Below are positions 11,498-26,700 of a DNA stretch of 45,527 nt, in pieces. The translations under genes were made by a program, and so were the position numbers. Source of the DNA: Hyphochytrium catenoides (Eukaryota; Protista; Hyphochytriomycota); NCBI GenBank assembly GCA_900088475.1, contig FLMG01002722.1, positions 1 to 45,527 of the forward strand. The letters run 5' to 3'. The notes below the pieces were generated by a model, which was given only the letters and a program-made list of their open reading frames with translations, was not told where the DNA came from and ran no database searches. Each line of letters opens with the position of its first letter. Positions within the stretch are counted from its first letter, which is position 1.

Positions 11498-14400
11498 CTA
11501 TTCCCGTCGTCGGTAGTCTTTATCCTTCTCTAAGGACTCCTTCAGCCTCTCAAGGTCCTCTTTCCATAAGTCCTGAGGAGAGGACGTTTTTAGCTTCTCT
11601 AAGGCTGCTGCTTTCGTCTTAAACTCTTTCTGCAGCTGTGACACTTTTTCCATAGTGAAGGCCACGATGGGCGTGTTCAGGAGATAATCATACGCCTGTG
11701 TGGACGGGAGGGTATTGAGAGAAGAGAGAGAGAGATGGGTCGGACATCTGGAGAAGGACTCAAAGAATGACGCTCAACCTGGAGGTGTAAGACAGACTAA
11801 CATTCAGTGTCGAGGAAGACAAATAAAGTACCTTATCGTCTTGTTCAACAGCTATATTCTCAGATGAAGAACCATCTGCTAATTCTTGATCAATCTGGGC
11901 AGAGTTATGGGAAGATCAAGGAAGGTAAGGTTGAGGTCCACCCAAACACAGAGACGAGGAATGAGTGTTATGAATGAACGAAACATTATCACTTACGTTA
12001 TCTAGATCCTGGTCCGTCTTCTGGCTAAACTTGTCAGCAGGATCATAACCTTGGGCGGCCAGAAGCTGCACTACTGCAGCTTTGGATCTGCCCGACCGTG
12101 TTATATCCAACATTCCGCTGGAGATCTCTTGTGCGAAACGCACCTAGAATGACACAAGTACAAGAGTCAAACGCGGTTTCCAGGAGCTAGACGCACAAGG
12201 GTACAGAGGGAAGGAAGACATGGCACTCCGAACGGCTGGGTAGCGGTCCAAATAAAGATGCGAGGCAAGGGATTGTCAGGGACTCTTCTTCGGCTCTTAC
12301 TTTGTTCTGCAGCTTGCGGATCTCCCTAGCCAGTTCTGCCTCAACAACCTTTTTTCTGTTCTCATAGAACTCTAGGCGCACATTATAGAACTCCTGGGTA
12401 AGGAGAAAACGTCTAGTCAGAGCGTTCCACAGGGACCAGAGACGAGGGCATACGTAGAGCAAGGAACGAAGAGGATGTGGAGTTATTGCTCGAGAATTTC
12501 CGCAGGAATAAGGGAGAGCCACATCTTGCAGGGTGGCCGGGGAAGCAGTCAAGTTGCACATCGCAAAGAGGCTCGCAAATAGACGAAGAGGTGAAAAGAA
12601 GAGTGCGGAGACCTTCAGTATGTCTAGCACCGTGTCATATTTCTTAATGGCTCCAGTGGAATCAAACGCGTGCATATTTGTGGTCAAAAGCTGGCTGCAT
12701 GTTACGGGTTTCATGGTCAGAAACTGCCCCGCCGGTATAATAGAGTAGTGAAGGCAAAAGGACTGTTCAGACGACAGAGATCTGAACGGAAGAGACAAGA
12801 CTCCAAAAGTAAATTAAGCCTTTGCCCATGCTTCATCTTCTACAGCCTGTCACTTTACTAGGCAGGCATGGCTAGAGAAAGAGAGAAGAGAGACAGTAGG
12901 AACATAGGGTTCGGTCTTACTTTTGAAGTTTGAAAAACTTATGGTACCCAACAGCCTCAGCCTCTTGTGCTGCTTGCCGAGTGAGCTGCACCACAAAGTC
13001 GACGGAATGCTCTGTGTGGTACTCTTTGAATCCCCGAACCTCAGCTTTGGAGACCAGAGATATCTTCGCAGACGGAAGCGCGGGTTGACCAGCGCAAACA
13101 GTAAGGAAGAGGCGGTGACAAGGAGGGATTTAAGCGTGAGGTGAGGGAGAGCACCAAAAGCCTCTTTTCGCTCTGTCACTCTTCCCTTCGGTGGCGGCCC
13201 ATCCTATTCTGGGCAGGTCATATCTTTCTTTTCTGTCTCTCTCCCTGAACAACTAACTCCTCTGTGCCTATAGTCCTGAAGTCTTACCAGGAAATCTTTG
13301 AAGTCCTCTGTCCACTTGCCCACTGGCAGCTCTGAAATGCGGAGTTCAGTAGCTGACTTCTTGGTGCAAATGCCAGTTGTAACATAGACGCCTTGAAGAA
13401 CCAGAGAATGCGGCGTTTAGTCTACCGGAACCCCCACCGAGGTCTAGAGGAAAAGAAGACAAGCAAGCAGAATGTAACCTCGGCGGGAACGAAGGCAGCA
13501 ATAATAAGGAAGGTGGGAGTATGAAGAGACGGAGAGACTGCTACAAAGCCCACCCTGCTTTTCTCCTTCCCGTATGGTTCCCTTAAAGCCCTTAATCCAA
13601 GGGATCATCTTCTTGGGCTCCTCGCCGTCAAGCATCCTCTTCAGGTTGTCAATCAGCTCCAGAGGATGATGTGGAGGCACCGATGTGGACCATCCAGTCC
13701 CGACTCCATCACTACCGTTTACCAAGAGCAGGGGAATAACGGGGACATAATACTCTGGCTCCACAACCGTCCCGTCATCCTCTATGTACCTTGAACGCCG
13801 TATGAAACGGAGACAAGAAGCGTAAGCAAAGTATCTCAGGAGAACTAAAGGACGCGGAAGTAGTGCTGGCGTAAAGAAATGGGAGGCCAAGCGATGACAA
13901 GAGAACAGAGGAAAACTGAACACCCTAGGACGGTTTGCCTTGTTAATATGGCTATAAAGAGATATTGAGAGGGCAATGGCAAGTAGCGAAGATAGCAATG
14001 AATTGGCATGCATGAATAGTACCAGGTCAGTCTATGATGGAGAAAAACAATGCGTGGGTCTAAGAGATCCTTACTTTAGCAGCTTCTCGTCACTTTCTAA
14101 GAAAACCTTGCGTGTATGAGGGCCAAGCTTGGTAAAGATGTATCTGACGCAAGTTGAACAAAGTCAGAACAAGGAGCAAGTGGGCAAGTGTCCTCGCCTA
14201 TCTTCCAGTCCGCCGCAGTCCATAACACGTCACCACCTTGGCTCGTCAGCATTTCAAACGTAAGCCTAGCTTACCTTGACCGAGCTGCATCCTTGCCGCC
14301 TTGCAACCGTGTACCAAACTGTCCCGCCGGGAAGAGTAGAGGGACGTTGTTGGAACCTACAAAGTCCTATAGTCACGGCAGAGGGAAGCTAGGTAAGGAT

Positions 14401-17400
14401 AGTGAATGAGATACAGGGGAAGCAAGTGGGCAGGGAAGAAAGGGTACCACTCCTAAGAGTCCTGATGACTGTGGATTGGCTAATGATAAAGGACAGCTGT
14501 TATATTTATATAGTATATAGTAAGTTGGATGGGAAGGAGGAAAAAATGAAGACGAATGAAGTCCCTGCAATTGTAAAGACAGGGGCATTCTCTCACCTGA
14601 GCCATCGAGGTAATGGTCATATGGAGAGAGACTTCTCCATGATTGTAAGCAGTTTGTTCTGCGCAGTAACCAGCAAGTTGCGCGACCTTGACTTCCTTCA
14701 CAGCATTTTTCTGCGGGAAGAGATAGTGAACGATCGAGCTTCCAGATAAGAAATAGCATCACTAGGACCGGAAGGCTGTTCCTGCTAGCTTTTAACTTGG
14801 CCCGTTGTCTCGAAGTGCTGAGTTTGTACTATGGGGAGAGTGCATTGAACCTGGTCTCCCTATGCTAAGTGTATGTCCGGCAGCTGTACTCTCCACCTCG
14901 CATCCAACGCAAAGCTCTCTCTCTCTGCTCAAACCAGCAGTGAAGTCGCACCTTAAAGCAGCCAAAGAGAACTTTTCTCTGGGACGGCTTGAGACCATCT
15001 ATGACAGAGGGCAGAGATCGTTCGTTGTCCGCCGATGAGAACTAATATGAATAGAGAGAGATCATGAGCGTGAAAGCAGTAATCCACCGCTATGATGAAG
15101 AGACTTGCGATGATACTCATTCTCTACTTCTCCGCATTTTTACTCTTTCCCTTTCACGAATGTCTTCACACCGCCTCCCTTTATTGCTCTCCTACCTGTA
15201 TGAGTTCCTTATTGACAAAGTCCGAGTATGTGACTGTTCCGTGGCTAACGTCCAAGAATGTATCCGGTGAATACTTTTCCAGCCATCGCTTGCGATCTGT
15301 GACCTGGACGAGAATAGGAAGCGCGGGGAATAGGGAAACTTTACATTCTAAAGTACTTACAAGGGACGCGCATTAGCTGGAAGAGCTTTTACACTAAATT
15401 AGAATCCTCAAGGACGTTTCAAACGCCAGACAACGGAAAAGCGACAGTTCAATGGGGAAGTGATGTTACACCACGAAGCTATCCTACAGCTAGACCAGTG
15501 CCCAATCAAAAGTGTCTTATTATGGTTTCCTCACCCTTGTCTTATTGAAAGCCATGTCAATGAGGTCCTCGTCCTCCATCCCACTGTACGTGAATGTCAC
15601 GCGATGTCGGTCCAGTTGGCCAAAATATTCTCGGGCCTCTGCACTGGTGCTGGTTCCTAAACCCTTATAGTACTTGATCTGCCAGCCAGCCAATCCTGAG
15701 GAGGAAACACAAGAAATTAGTACTGATAGAGTGTAAGAAGTACAAAGAAGCGAAGAGAATTGGGGCGATGTAACCAAGAAGGTTCTTTGAGAACGTTAAA
15801 GGGTTTATGTAAACAGCAACCGCGCCAGCACCTACTCTGGGTTATAGCACATAGACAGACAAGAGGGATTCAATTTTGCTAGCCTTCACCTTTGGGACTC
15901 TCGAGCATTTCCTTGCGCCAAGTCTGGAACTCCGGAATAGAGAAAAAAGAGTGCACCTCGGCCCCTTTCTTTGCTTTGATGATGGGCGTGATGAACTCCG
16001 TAAGGAACCCGTCAACTTCCAGGAGCTACGAAACGGAAGAGAACACGAATGAATTTCAGTGTTCTAATCTGTCTACTTAGTGATCTAACGTGTCTTAACA
16101 TCTGATGACTCTCTTTATAAGCGCGAGATCTCTGCCTTACTAACCTTTGGCCAAAAGGTGTGGAAGAAATTGATAAGGAGGCCCTTAATGTGGGATCCGT
16201 CATGGTCCTGATCTGTCATCAGCATAATTCGACCGTATCTAGGAGCAATGATGTCAGCGGCTCGACCCTTGCGGTTGCTGAGTCGCTTTTACTAAATGAT
16301 AGAGATCCAACTCGATTACGAACCTGAGCTCTTCTCTCTCTTTCGCTGTCTCATACGTCTTATTGAAGTTGAGGCCAATAATGGAGCAAAGGCTCACGAT
16401 TTCCTGGTTCTGACTCACGGCTTTCAAGGACGCCCCTCGAACATTCAACACCTTGCCCCTTAGGGGGAATACTCCGTACTTATCTCTTCCGATGACACTC
16501 AGACCAGCGACAGCGAAGGCTTTGGCACTATCTAGAGTGTGGATTAAGTTGCGGAGGATAAATAGAGGATGCAAAAGGTTGATGCGTTAGAGAGGAATAG
16601 GATAGGAGTAGGGCAAGAAGAGAAAATGAACCCAGCGAAGGTACGATGCAGGATGAACTATGTAGGTAAGAGACGTAGCCTGATCCTATCAATCATCCAT
16701 AACTAACTCAACTCTAAATAACGTAAATAAAGGCAGTGAGATAAGAAGCCTCGCGATGGATCAGAGACATACTCTCCTACCTCCCTCTGTCAAGATAAGA
16801 GTACAATCCTTGCTTTTTGAGGTTCCAGCGTCATTTGCATCCTCCAGCTTGGGAATAAGAAGAAGGCTTCCTTTCCCTTTTGGCGCCTTTTTAAGGACGT
16901 TTTGTTTCTGTCGAGCTTGCGCCCAGCTTACCACGAGTTCTACGATGCCAGAAGAAGCGATGACCTCTCTGCAGAAAATCTGTTAGGAGCGGGAAGCACG
17001 AGAGGAATGCTGCGATGTCTGGGCTAATGAAGGTCAGACGGGGATAGAGAGAAGAATGGTAAGCAGGCTAGCAGAGCAAGAGAGGTTGGCACCGGATGCG
17101 ATCGAAGACCATATCCACCGCAGTGAAGAAATAGAATTTAGATGTAAATGACCGACGGCCAACTCGAAAGGAGACCGGGTCCATTACTTTCTGAACTTGC
17201 TGCTAAGAATAGCCGCTGAGCCAAACAGATGGGGCTTGGAGGTCAGGAACTCCTTCATCTGGTTATCGAAGGTAGGATTCTCTATCAAACAATTCACAAA
17301 TAGACAACAGTGGGCCTTCACCTAGTAATAACATTCGGAGTTTGCAAAAAGAGAAGGCGAAAGCACTGAAAGTTAGAAACGGTGAGTGTTGGAGGAGATC

Positions 17401-19916
17401 AACAAAGGAACCCTACATGTGCAGGTGTGACGTTAAGATCTTTGTGCTTTTGGTTGATATAATCCGCCAGGCTCTTCGCCACCTGGTCCAGCACATAATT
17501 CGCATGTGATCCGCCACGTGTGGTGAACATATTGTTCACAAAGGTAACCTACAGGGCAGAACGGAAGTTTGTGAACAAAGAACTGAGTGTTATCTACCGC
17601 TCAATACGGTTGGTACTACTACGAAGAGACACGCTTACTACTGCTACGGAGAGACGCTGTAGTGGATAGTTTATCAAGACAAAGAAGCTCAAAGGGTAAA
17701 TTGGGAATGAGATTTAAGCGTATGAGAGCAGTGTTGCCCGAGACACAACAGAGGCTTCTGGAACAATGTACGATGGTGACAAACTGTGAACGTGAGCTTC
17801 TCCAGTTCAGTCGTACCTGCTGCAGCCCGTTAGGGGATGGCATAAGAGCTACTTCCCAGCGGTCATTAAGTCTCGCATAGTGTACGGGTGGAGGAGGAAT
17901 GTCTCTGCTCTTCTCTCCTTTCGCCTTCTCTCTCCGTTCTTTCTCAACCATAGCATCTCGATAGAGATTCACATACTCTAAAAAGTTCTTGGGCTTAACC
18001 GCCTCTCCGTTCAGACAGACTGTGACACCTTGAACACACCCAGCAATGTCCAGCACTCTCCTCTTCATGAGTTCTACGGTATTGTCATGGCTGCTCTCGA
18101 TCTCAAAGCCTGGCAAGAATGGATGCGAAGTGCAGCGATGTGAATACACGAGAAGAGAGAATGCTTCAGAGAAGCTTTGAGAGACGAGAGTGCAACATGC
18201 GGCCGAGCCTCCTATCCCAAAAAGTTTACACCTTAATCCCCTGCCCCTTTCCACTAGCAACATGGTCTCTCTACTCGCTTGTTCTGGATCTCTCTTTAGA
18301 AGATCTCTATTCATTTTTTAGCATGTCAGAAGTGTACGTACGGCTAAGATCAGGAACAAACGTGACGCGCGTGAAATCTTTTTCGCCGTCTTTCAACTTT
18401 GTTATCTCTGCCTTATCTTTCTCTTGCATGTTATTTCTCCAGACCTGTGAAGATGATAGTGAGCTTAGGGATTCCAAGGCAGTGTATTTCTCAAAGCCAA
18501 AGAGGGAGAGACTCATGGGGGAGACTACGAGAAGGTGGCTCCCACGTATCAAAGTACCGCACTGAGACTCCCAAGAGCAGCAGGGATCAATCAGAAGAAT
18601 GTTGAGTACCTGCTTAAACTTAAGTCCGGTGGAAGAGTCTGCCGTCTCGACCATGAACTCAGAACTGAAGATATTAGTCAGCTTCGCGCCATAGCCATGC
18701 CGACCGCCAGTCAGTCGCGCCACCTCATCGTCGAAGTTGGAGCCCGTTAACAGACTTCCGAACACCAACTCGGGGACGTATACGCCTGGAAGCTAGGTAA
18801 GTAAAGTGCTGCACATATGACGATCAATAGAAGAGCAACGGCCATCAAAGGTGCCTCTGATTTATAAAAAAGACAGGAGTGAAAAGACTAGAGGAGAGCC
18901 TTGGGCCATCTAAACTAGATATCTACCATATGGCGTTCTCATGGATAATGAAGCACTGACGTAGGCATCCAACGAGCGAGAGAACAAAGTATGAAGCGCA
19001 GGGACGGAAGGAGTCCGAAGAAGGGGGTAAATGGAGGCCAGTACCTCATAAGCATTATCCCTAGCTCGCAGTGGGCAAGAAAGCAAAGCCGCCAAGAGTG
19101 GAAGAGGCAGTAGGAGATTAAGGGCAAGAGAAAGCCAAGGCCCCCATAATTCTATCCTTTGCCATTGATGATGACTCGGATTGTCCTGTGACCACGCACC
19201 TTCCTCTTTGTGCTTTTGCACGGTGATTCCTCGGCCATCGTTCATCACTGACACCCGGAGATGGCCGTCATCTTCATAGTTAATGTTTACGTCAATCCTT
19301 TTCATGCCTGGATCTCTCATCTTGTTGTCCGCGGCATTCACTAGAATCTCGTCAAAAATCTTGAACAGCGCAGGGACATATTCAAGCTCCTTAGAGACCA
19401 TTCGCTCTTTCTTTGCATCATAGAGCCACATCGTTTCCTTGATGCTCTCCACGGAGCCAACGTACATGCCTGGGGCCGGAGGAGAGACGAGGTAGGCGAA
19501 ACATGAGGCGTCTAGTGCTGAGAGATAGGACTTGGGGTGCGATGGGGCGCAAGGTATAGGAGAGAAGACCTACGGACACGGGCCAAGAGGGGACACGAAG
19601 GGCATTGATAAAGGAGAACATGCAGCTAAAGGATGTTACCTGGTCGAAGGAGAACATGCTCTACCGGCGTCTTCCGTTGATAAAGTTCTTCTATCGTCTT
19701 CTCTTTGGAAGCAGCTGCAGATGCCTTCGTACTCAGCGAGGACCCATGGACCGAAGCCAACACACGAAGCCTACTACCACAAGATGAAGCAGTAACTCCT
19801 GCAGCGGCGGAGATGGGATAGAGCCATCTCTTAGAGCCTCCGCGCGGAAGCACTAGAGCAGTCAACCGCATTGCGGCGACCTTGCCGCCGCCGACATTGA
19901 CCGCCCTGGAGATCAT
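11498..19916 (-). CDS. TOP2: DNA topoisomerase II (eukaryote-type IIA), likely mitochondrial; 25 exons, 1236 aa in my model
   Basis: GT-AG exons: 19916-19640, 19469-19200, 18785-18610, 18444-18342, 18109-17817, 17548-17417, 17321-17188, 16968-16781, 16531-16324, 16238-16145, 16025-15890, 15695-15535, 15303-15196, 15041-14952, 14710-14597, 14366-14275, 14143-14075, 13789-13554, 13391-13288, 13063-12921, 12694-12613, 12393-12301, 12143-11997, 11894-11832, 11695-11498. They join into one open frame of 3711 nt. Motifs: [71 protein letters not shown], catalytic RSRYIFT. Confidence 0.96.
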
Positions 19917-20683
19917 CTCTCCGACCTGGTCACCGCAAGCTTGACCCCGCCCTCACTGCAGAGGCTCTCATCCACCTTGTACCGCTCCGATTCACCTTTG
20001 CAACGTAGAGTGAGAACGGGATAGGTCCAGGAAGGCCCATCGCTTGACGTCTGCTGGGTGATGACGCCGCAGTGAGCTGTCACGAGGTTTATCGTCAGGT
20101 CATCAGAAGCTGCTTCTGGAAGCTTGATGATGGCTTCTGATGGCGGATCTGACTCTCACTCCCACAGCCTTTGGCGCGGACCACCGCCAATAACACACAT
20201 CAACCTTCTGATCTGATAACTAAAGACTAGCACCAGTAATAGGTTACTGACCAGTGACAAGAGGTCTGATTTTCAAGGTGGATTCCGGAATACTACATTA
20301 GAGTAATTGGTTATCCCGTTCTATAAAGGCCCAAACCCGGGATTCATGGGTTAGAAAAATCTCGAGCAAGATCATTTTCCCCTGGGGCTGCGGTCTCGCT
20401 CTCCAGCCATCAGATCATCACTGCGCCATCCCAGTCTGGAGGCCGGAGGACGAAGCACAGGAGACAGCCAGATCTCTTCGACAGGCAGCAGGGCGTTAGC
20501 GCTAGTCCTCCTTCCCGCTCTGTTACCCTTCCGATAGCACAGGGCGGTAACTCTACTGCGCTATCGACTCTTCAGCAGTTAAGCGGCGACTGAGGATTGT
20601 GCGACCAGTTACGAGTTAGTTGACGGACCAGCGGCCTGTCGAGTATCATTAGAGTACATTCCCAGCAGAGTGACAAGGTCAAA
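19917..20683. promoter_or_regulatory. Divergent (bidirectional) promoter region between TOP2 and LysRS
   Basis: 767 bp between two head-to-head ATGs. It contains CCAAT (~20187) and ATTGG (~20306) in opposite orientations and a 10-bp inverted repeat, CATCAGAAGC (20101-20110) / GCTTCTGATG (20133-20142). Function is inferred from position only. Confidence 0.5.
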
Positions 20684-23576
<2,893 letters not shown>

Positions 23577-23780
23577 CCACGTCAACAGAATGGATAGAAA
23601 AGTATGGCAGAGGAGAAAGGAAAGACGAGTGAGATAGGAGAGGAGGATGAGGTGGTTCTTAGTGTCAGTTAGAGTTAAGCGTTATCAAAGAAACCTGCAA
23701 TGGGGCAACGAGGGTCTAATAATAATTAATGACAGTCTGTTAGAGCTTCCTGGGCCTGGGTATATTTCCTTTCTGCCGAA

Positions 23781-26700
23781 CTAGGGCCAAAAATTGCCTT
23801 TGACATCTGGAAGAGTCAGGCGAGCGAGTGAGGCGGCGGAGGATCTTCTCCTCGCCCTTGGTACAGGAGCTGCCGCTTGTTCAGCAAGCGACACTGAGGT
23901 TGAAGAGGAAGGAGACACCGTCTCTTCTTTTGTCACCCCTATTTGCCGCTCTTGCTCGTTCTGGACAATTGGTTTCTCTGTGGTCGTGCTGACGGCTTCT
24001 GTTCTCTCGGCAGTGGCCTCTCGCGTCCTCTCCACCGTACCGACTTTCTGCTCTCCCGTTTCTTCAAAGATTGGTGAGGGAGAGACGATGCCACTTAATC
24101 TTCGTTCTACAACTTTAGATGTGCTCTTTCTTCTCTCCAAGGCTCTCCCTGCTTCCAGTAGTTCCCCCTCACTACCAAGGTTATCATCCTTCATGGCCGG
24201 GGAGGGGGAAAGAGAGAAGGAAGAGCGAGAACGGCTCTTTAACTTTTGCGAAGAAGATGCAGGTGAAGCGGCTCTTCTGCTTCCGTCACGGGCCTGGGAA
24301 CAGTAGGAGATTAGAATGATGAGAGTTTGGAAAGCGCGGTCAGCAGGGAGAGAGAATAGAGCATTTGTACGATCTGAAGGTTGGTTGGCTGACGCAAGGA
24401 AGTGTAGAGGAAGAGAGAAATAGACCAGGCGGAAGGGAGTGCAGGGAAGAGAAACAGACCTTTCTGTCAGGGAGAGGTGCTGTCAGTAGTCTCTGCAGCA
24501 TAACTTCAGAGCTTTCCCCTCTCTTCCCACAGACTCTTCCATACTTCTCAGAATAAACAGAAAGAGAGAAGAAGACTCCAGGAGCAGAGCCTTCCCTCCG
24601 CCCAGGAGACGACGGAAGAGAGAGTTCCCCAATCCCTTTCTTCTTCGCGAAGTCGGCGGCAGAGCAGTGATGGACGAAGCACTCGTCAATGATTGACTTT
24701 ATATCCTAGAAGGAGCAAGAAGAAAGAGCAGGTCCGTTGATAGAGTTAGGGACCAAGACCGAGACAAGATAAAAAAACCATGGAAAGAACAGGACCAGTT
24801 TTAGCGGAGGATCTATGCATGAGAAGAGAAGAGAGCTCAACCGGGGCAGCCAGGAAGGTGCCGATGAGAGCGCATAGCAGTGAAGACGGACAGGACAGGG
24901 ATAGGGCATATAAGACATTAAGATGGAGCTAGAAGTAGAACGGTTTTGCTTCGAAGAATGTCCGAACGAAAGAGCGAGTCAGGAGAAGAGGAGGAGCAGC
25001 AGCGCTAACTGCAAATCCTCTCCTTTCTTACGGCAAAGAAGATGGCAGTGCCCTCATAGAGCTCGACCTCCTCTTTCTCTTCTCTGACGGATCCTCCCGA
25101 GGATCGCGCGGACGTCAAGGCAGTGAGTGTACGACTAAGGCGTCGGCCAAAGATAGGCAACGCAGAGGAAGCCGAGGGCATTAAAGGAGAGCTCGAGGTC
25201 ATTGGGGACGGCGGTGGAACAGAGGTTGGCTGGCCAGAGAGCAGCAGTGGTGCGCTGGTAGACATCGCTAAAGAGGTCCAAGCTTTGACTTCCGACTTGA
25301 AATAAAACTTGTGGAAAGCAACCCAGGCTCCTCCATCAGCGTCCTGCATCGTCAGCAGAAGTGTCAACGATCCAGACAATGCGTGAATGAACGGAAAGAG
25401 AGAGAGAAAAAGAGAAAGAGTGCGCCCATCGAAAGCTGACATTGCTTCGACACCTGTCCGTAGTACCAAGATATCGCGCCATGAAATACAAAGACAATCA
25501 CCCAGAAACTCAACCCACTACGCCGGCGCCTCAGGAAAAAGGAAACTTGGCGCTCTCTAACATGGGAGAAACGGAGCAGCAAGAGGAAGACAAAGAGCTA
25601 GTTTATGAATGGTCAAGCACAGAGGTGTGAAGCGCAAGAGTAGTAAGCAAGCTCAGTGTATGAGGAGAAACCTCCGCACCTTAAAGAACGCCAAAGGATC
25701 AATTGGCCTTCGCAAGGTTCCCTTATCTTTCCCTCGCTGTTTGAACCTTCTCGCCCTGGCCGTTGCTCCGCCGTTATCACTCTCTCTCGCTCTCTCTCTC
25801 CCTCCAATCTCTCTCTCTTTCTCTCCTTCCGAGATCATAGGCTTATGGGCGCTCAACGGCTGGTTCAAGGAGAAAGAGAAGTTCCCAATAGGAAGATCTC
25901 CACGAGACCGGGAAAGGCTTATCTTCTCCACGAAGCGAAAGGGAGGCCGACCTAGCTCCTCCTTCCGTTTGGTGATCTCACTGTCCTGTCCACCGTCAGC
26001 TCCTTTTCCCCGAACAGACTGCGACGAGGAAGCAGAAGAGGAAGATGATAGAGAGGGAGGTGGCCGGAGAAAACTGTGGAGGCAGTCTAGACATTGCTTT
26101 GAAGGCTTCGAAGCATCATGTCGGTAGCAGAGGCGAAGAAGGGATGAGATTGACTCTGGAGGCTCAAACGGTGGGACCACTCGCTGCTTCTGCGGCCAGG
26201 ATATCTCTACCTTCACTCCCTCTTTATCTTTCAACTCATCCATGGACGTAGAGAACGAGGAAAGAGAGACGGAGGATGAAGGGAGAGCAGGAGAAGTCCC
26301 GACGGGTCTTGTCGTGGCTTCTCCAAAACCTTTTACGATGGGAGTAAGGCTAGAGGACGCGGAGCGAGCAGTAGAGAGAGGCTTCGCCCTCTGTTCGTCC
26401 TTTCTTTCCTCTCCTATCGTCGTTTCCTTCTCCCTGTCTCCTTCCGCATTCTCGAGTATGGCAGTGATGGATCCACCTAAGGTTTGACTAGCAGTAGGAA
26501 ATGAAGCAAGTAAGGGAGCTCGAGGAGGCAGCGCAGAAAGGGAGAAAGAGAAAGGGAACTGGTCCTGCGCGGTGGACCTTCTCCGCTTCGGCTCTCTCCG
26601 ACTTTCCTCTGCGGTCGACCTGTCGTCCGCTGGTGCTTTTTGCTCTCGAAGTTTTCTCTTTCTCACGGCACGACCTTCTCTGTCTAGCAACGGAGATGGA

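Noticed and set aside
25344-25679. Extra exon (WVEFLGDCL.. or YYGQVSKQCQ) in the BAH-like region
   Set aside because: Direct splicing LAFFK|DADGGAW is in phase and gives a better BAH-like strand; the alternatives have weak or phase-incompatible sites.
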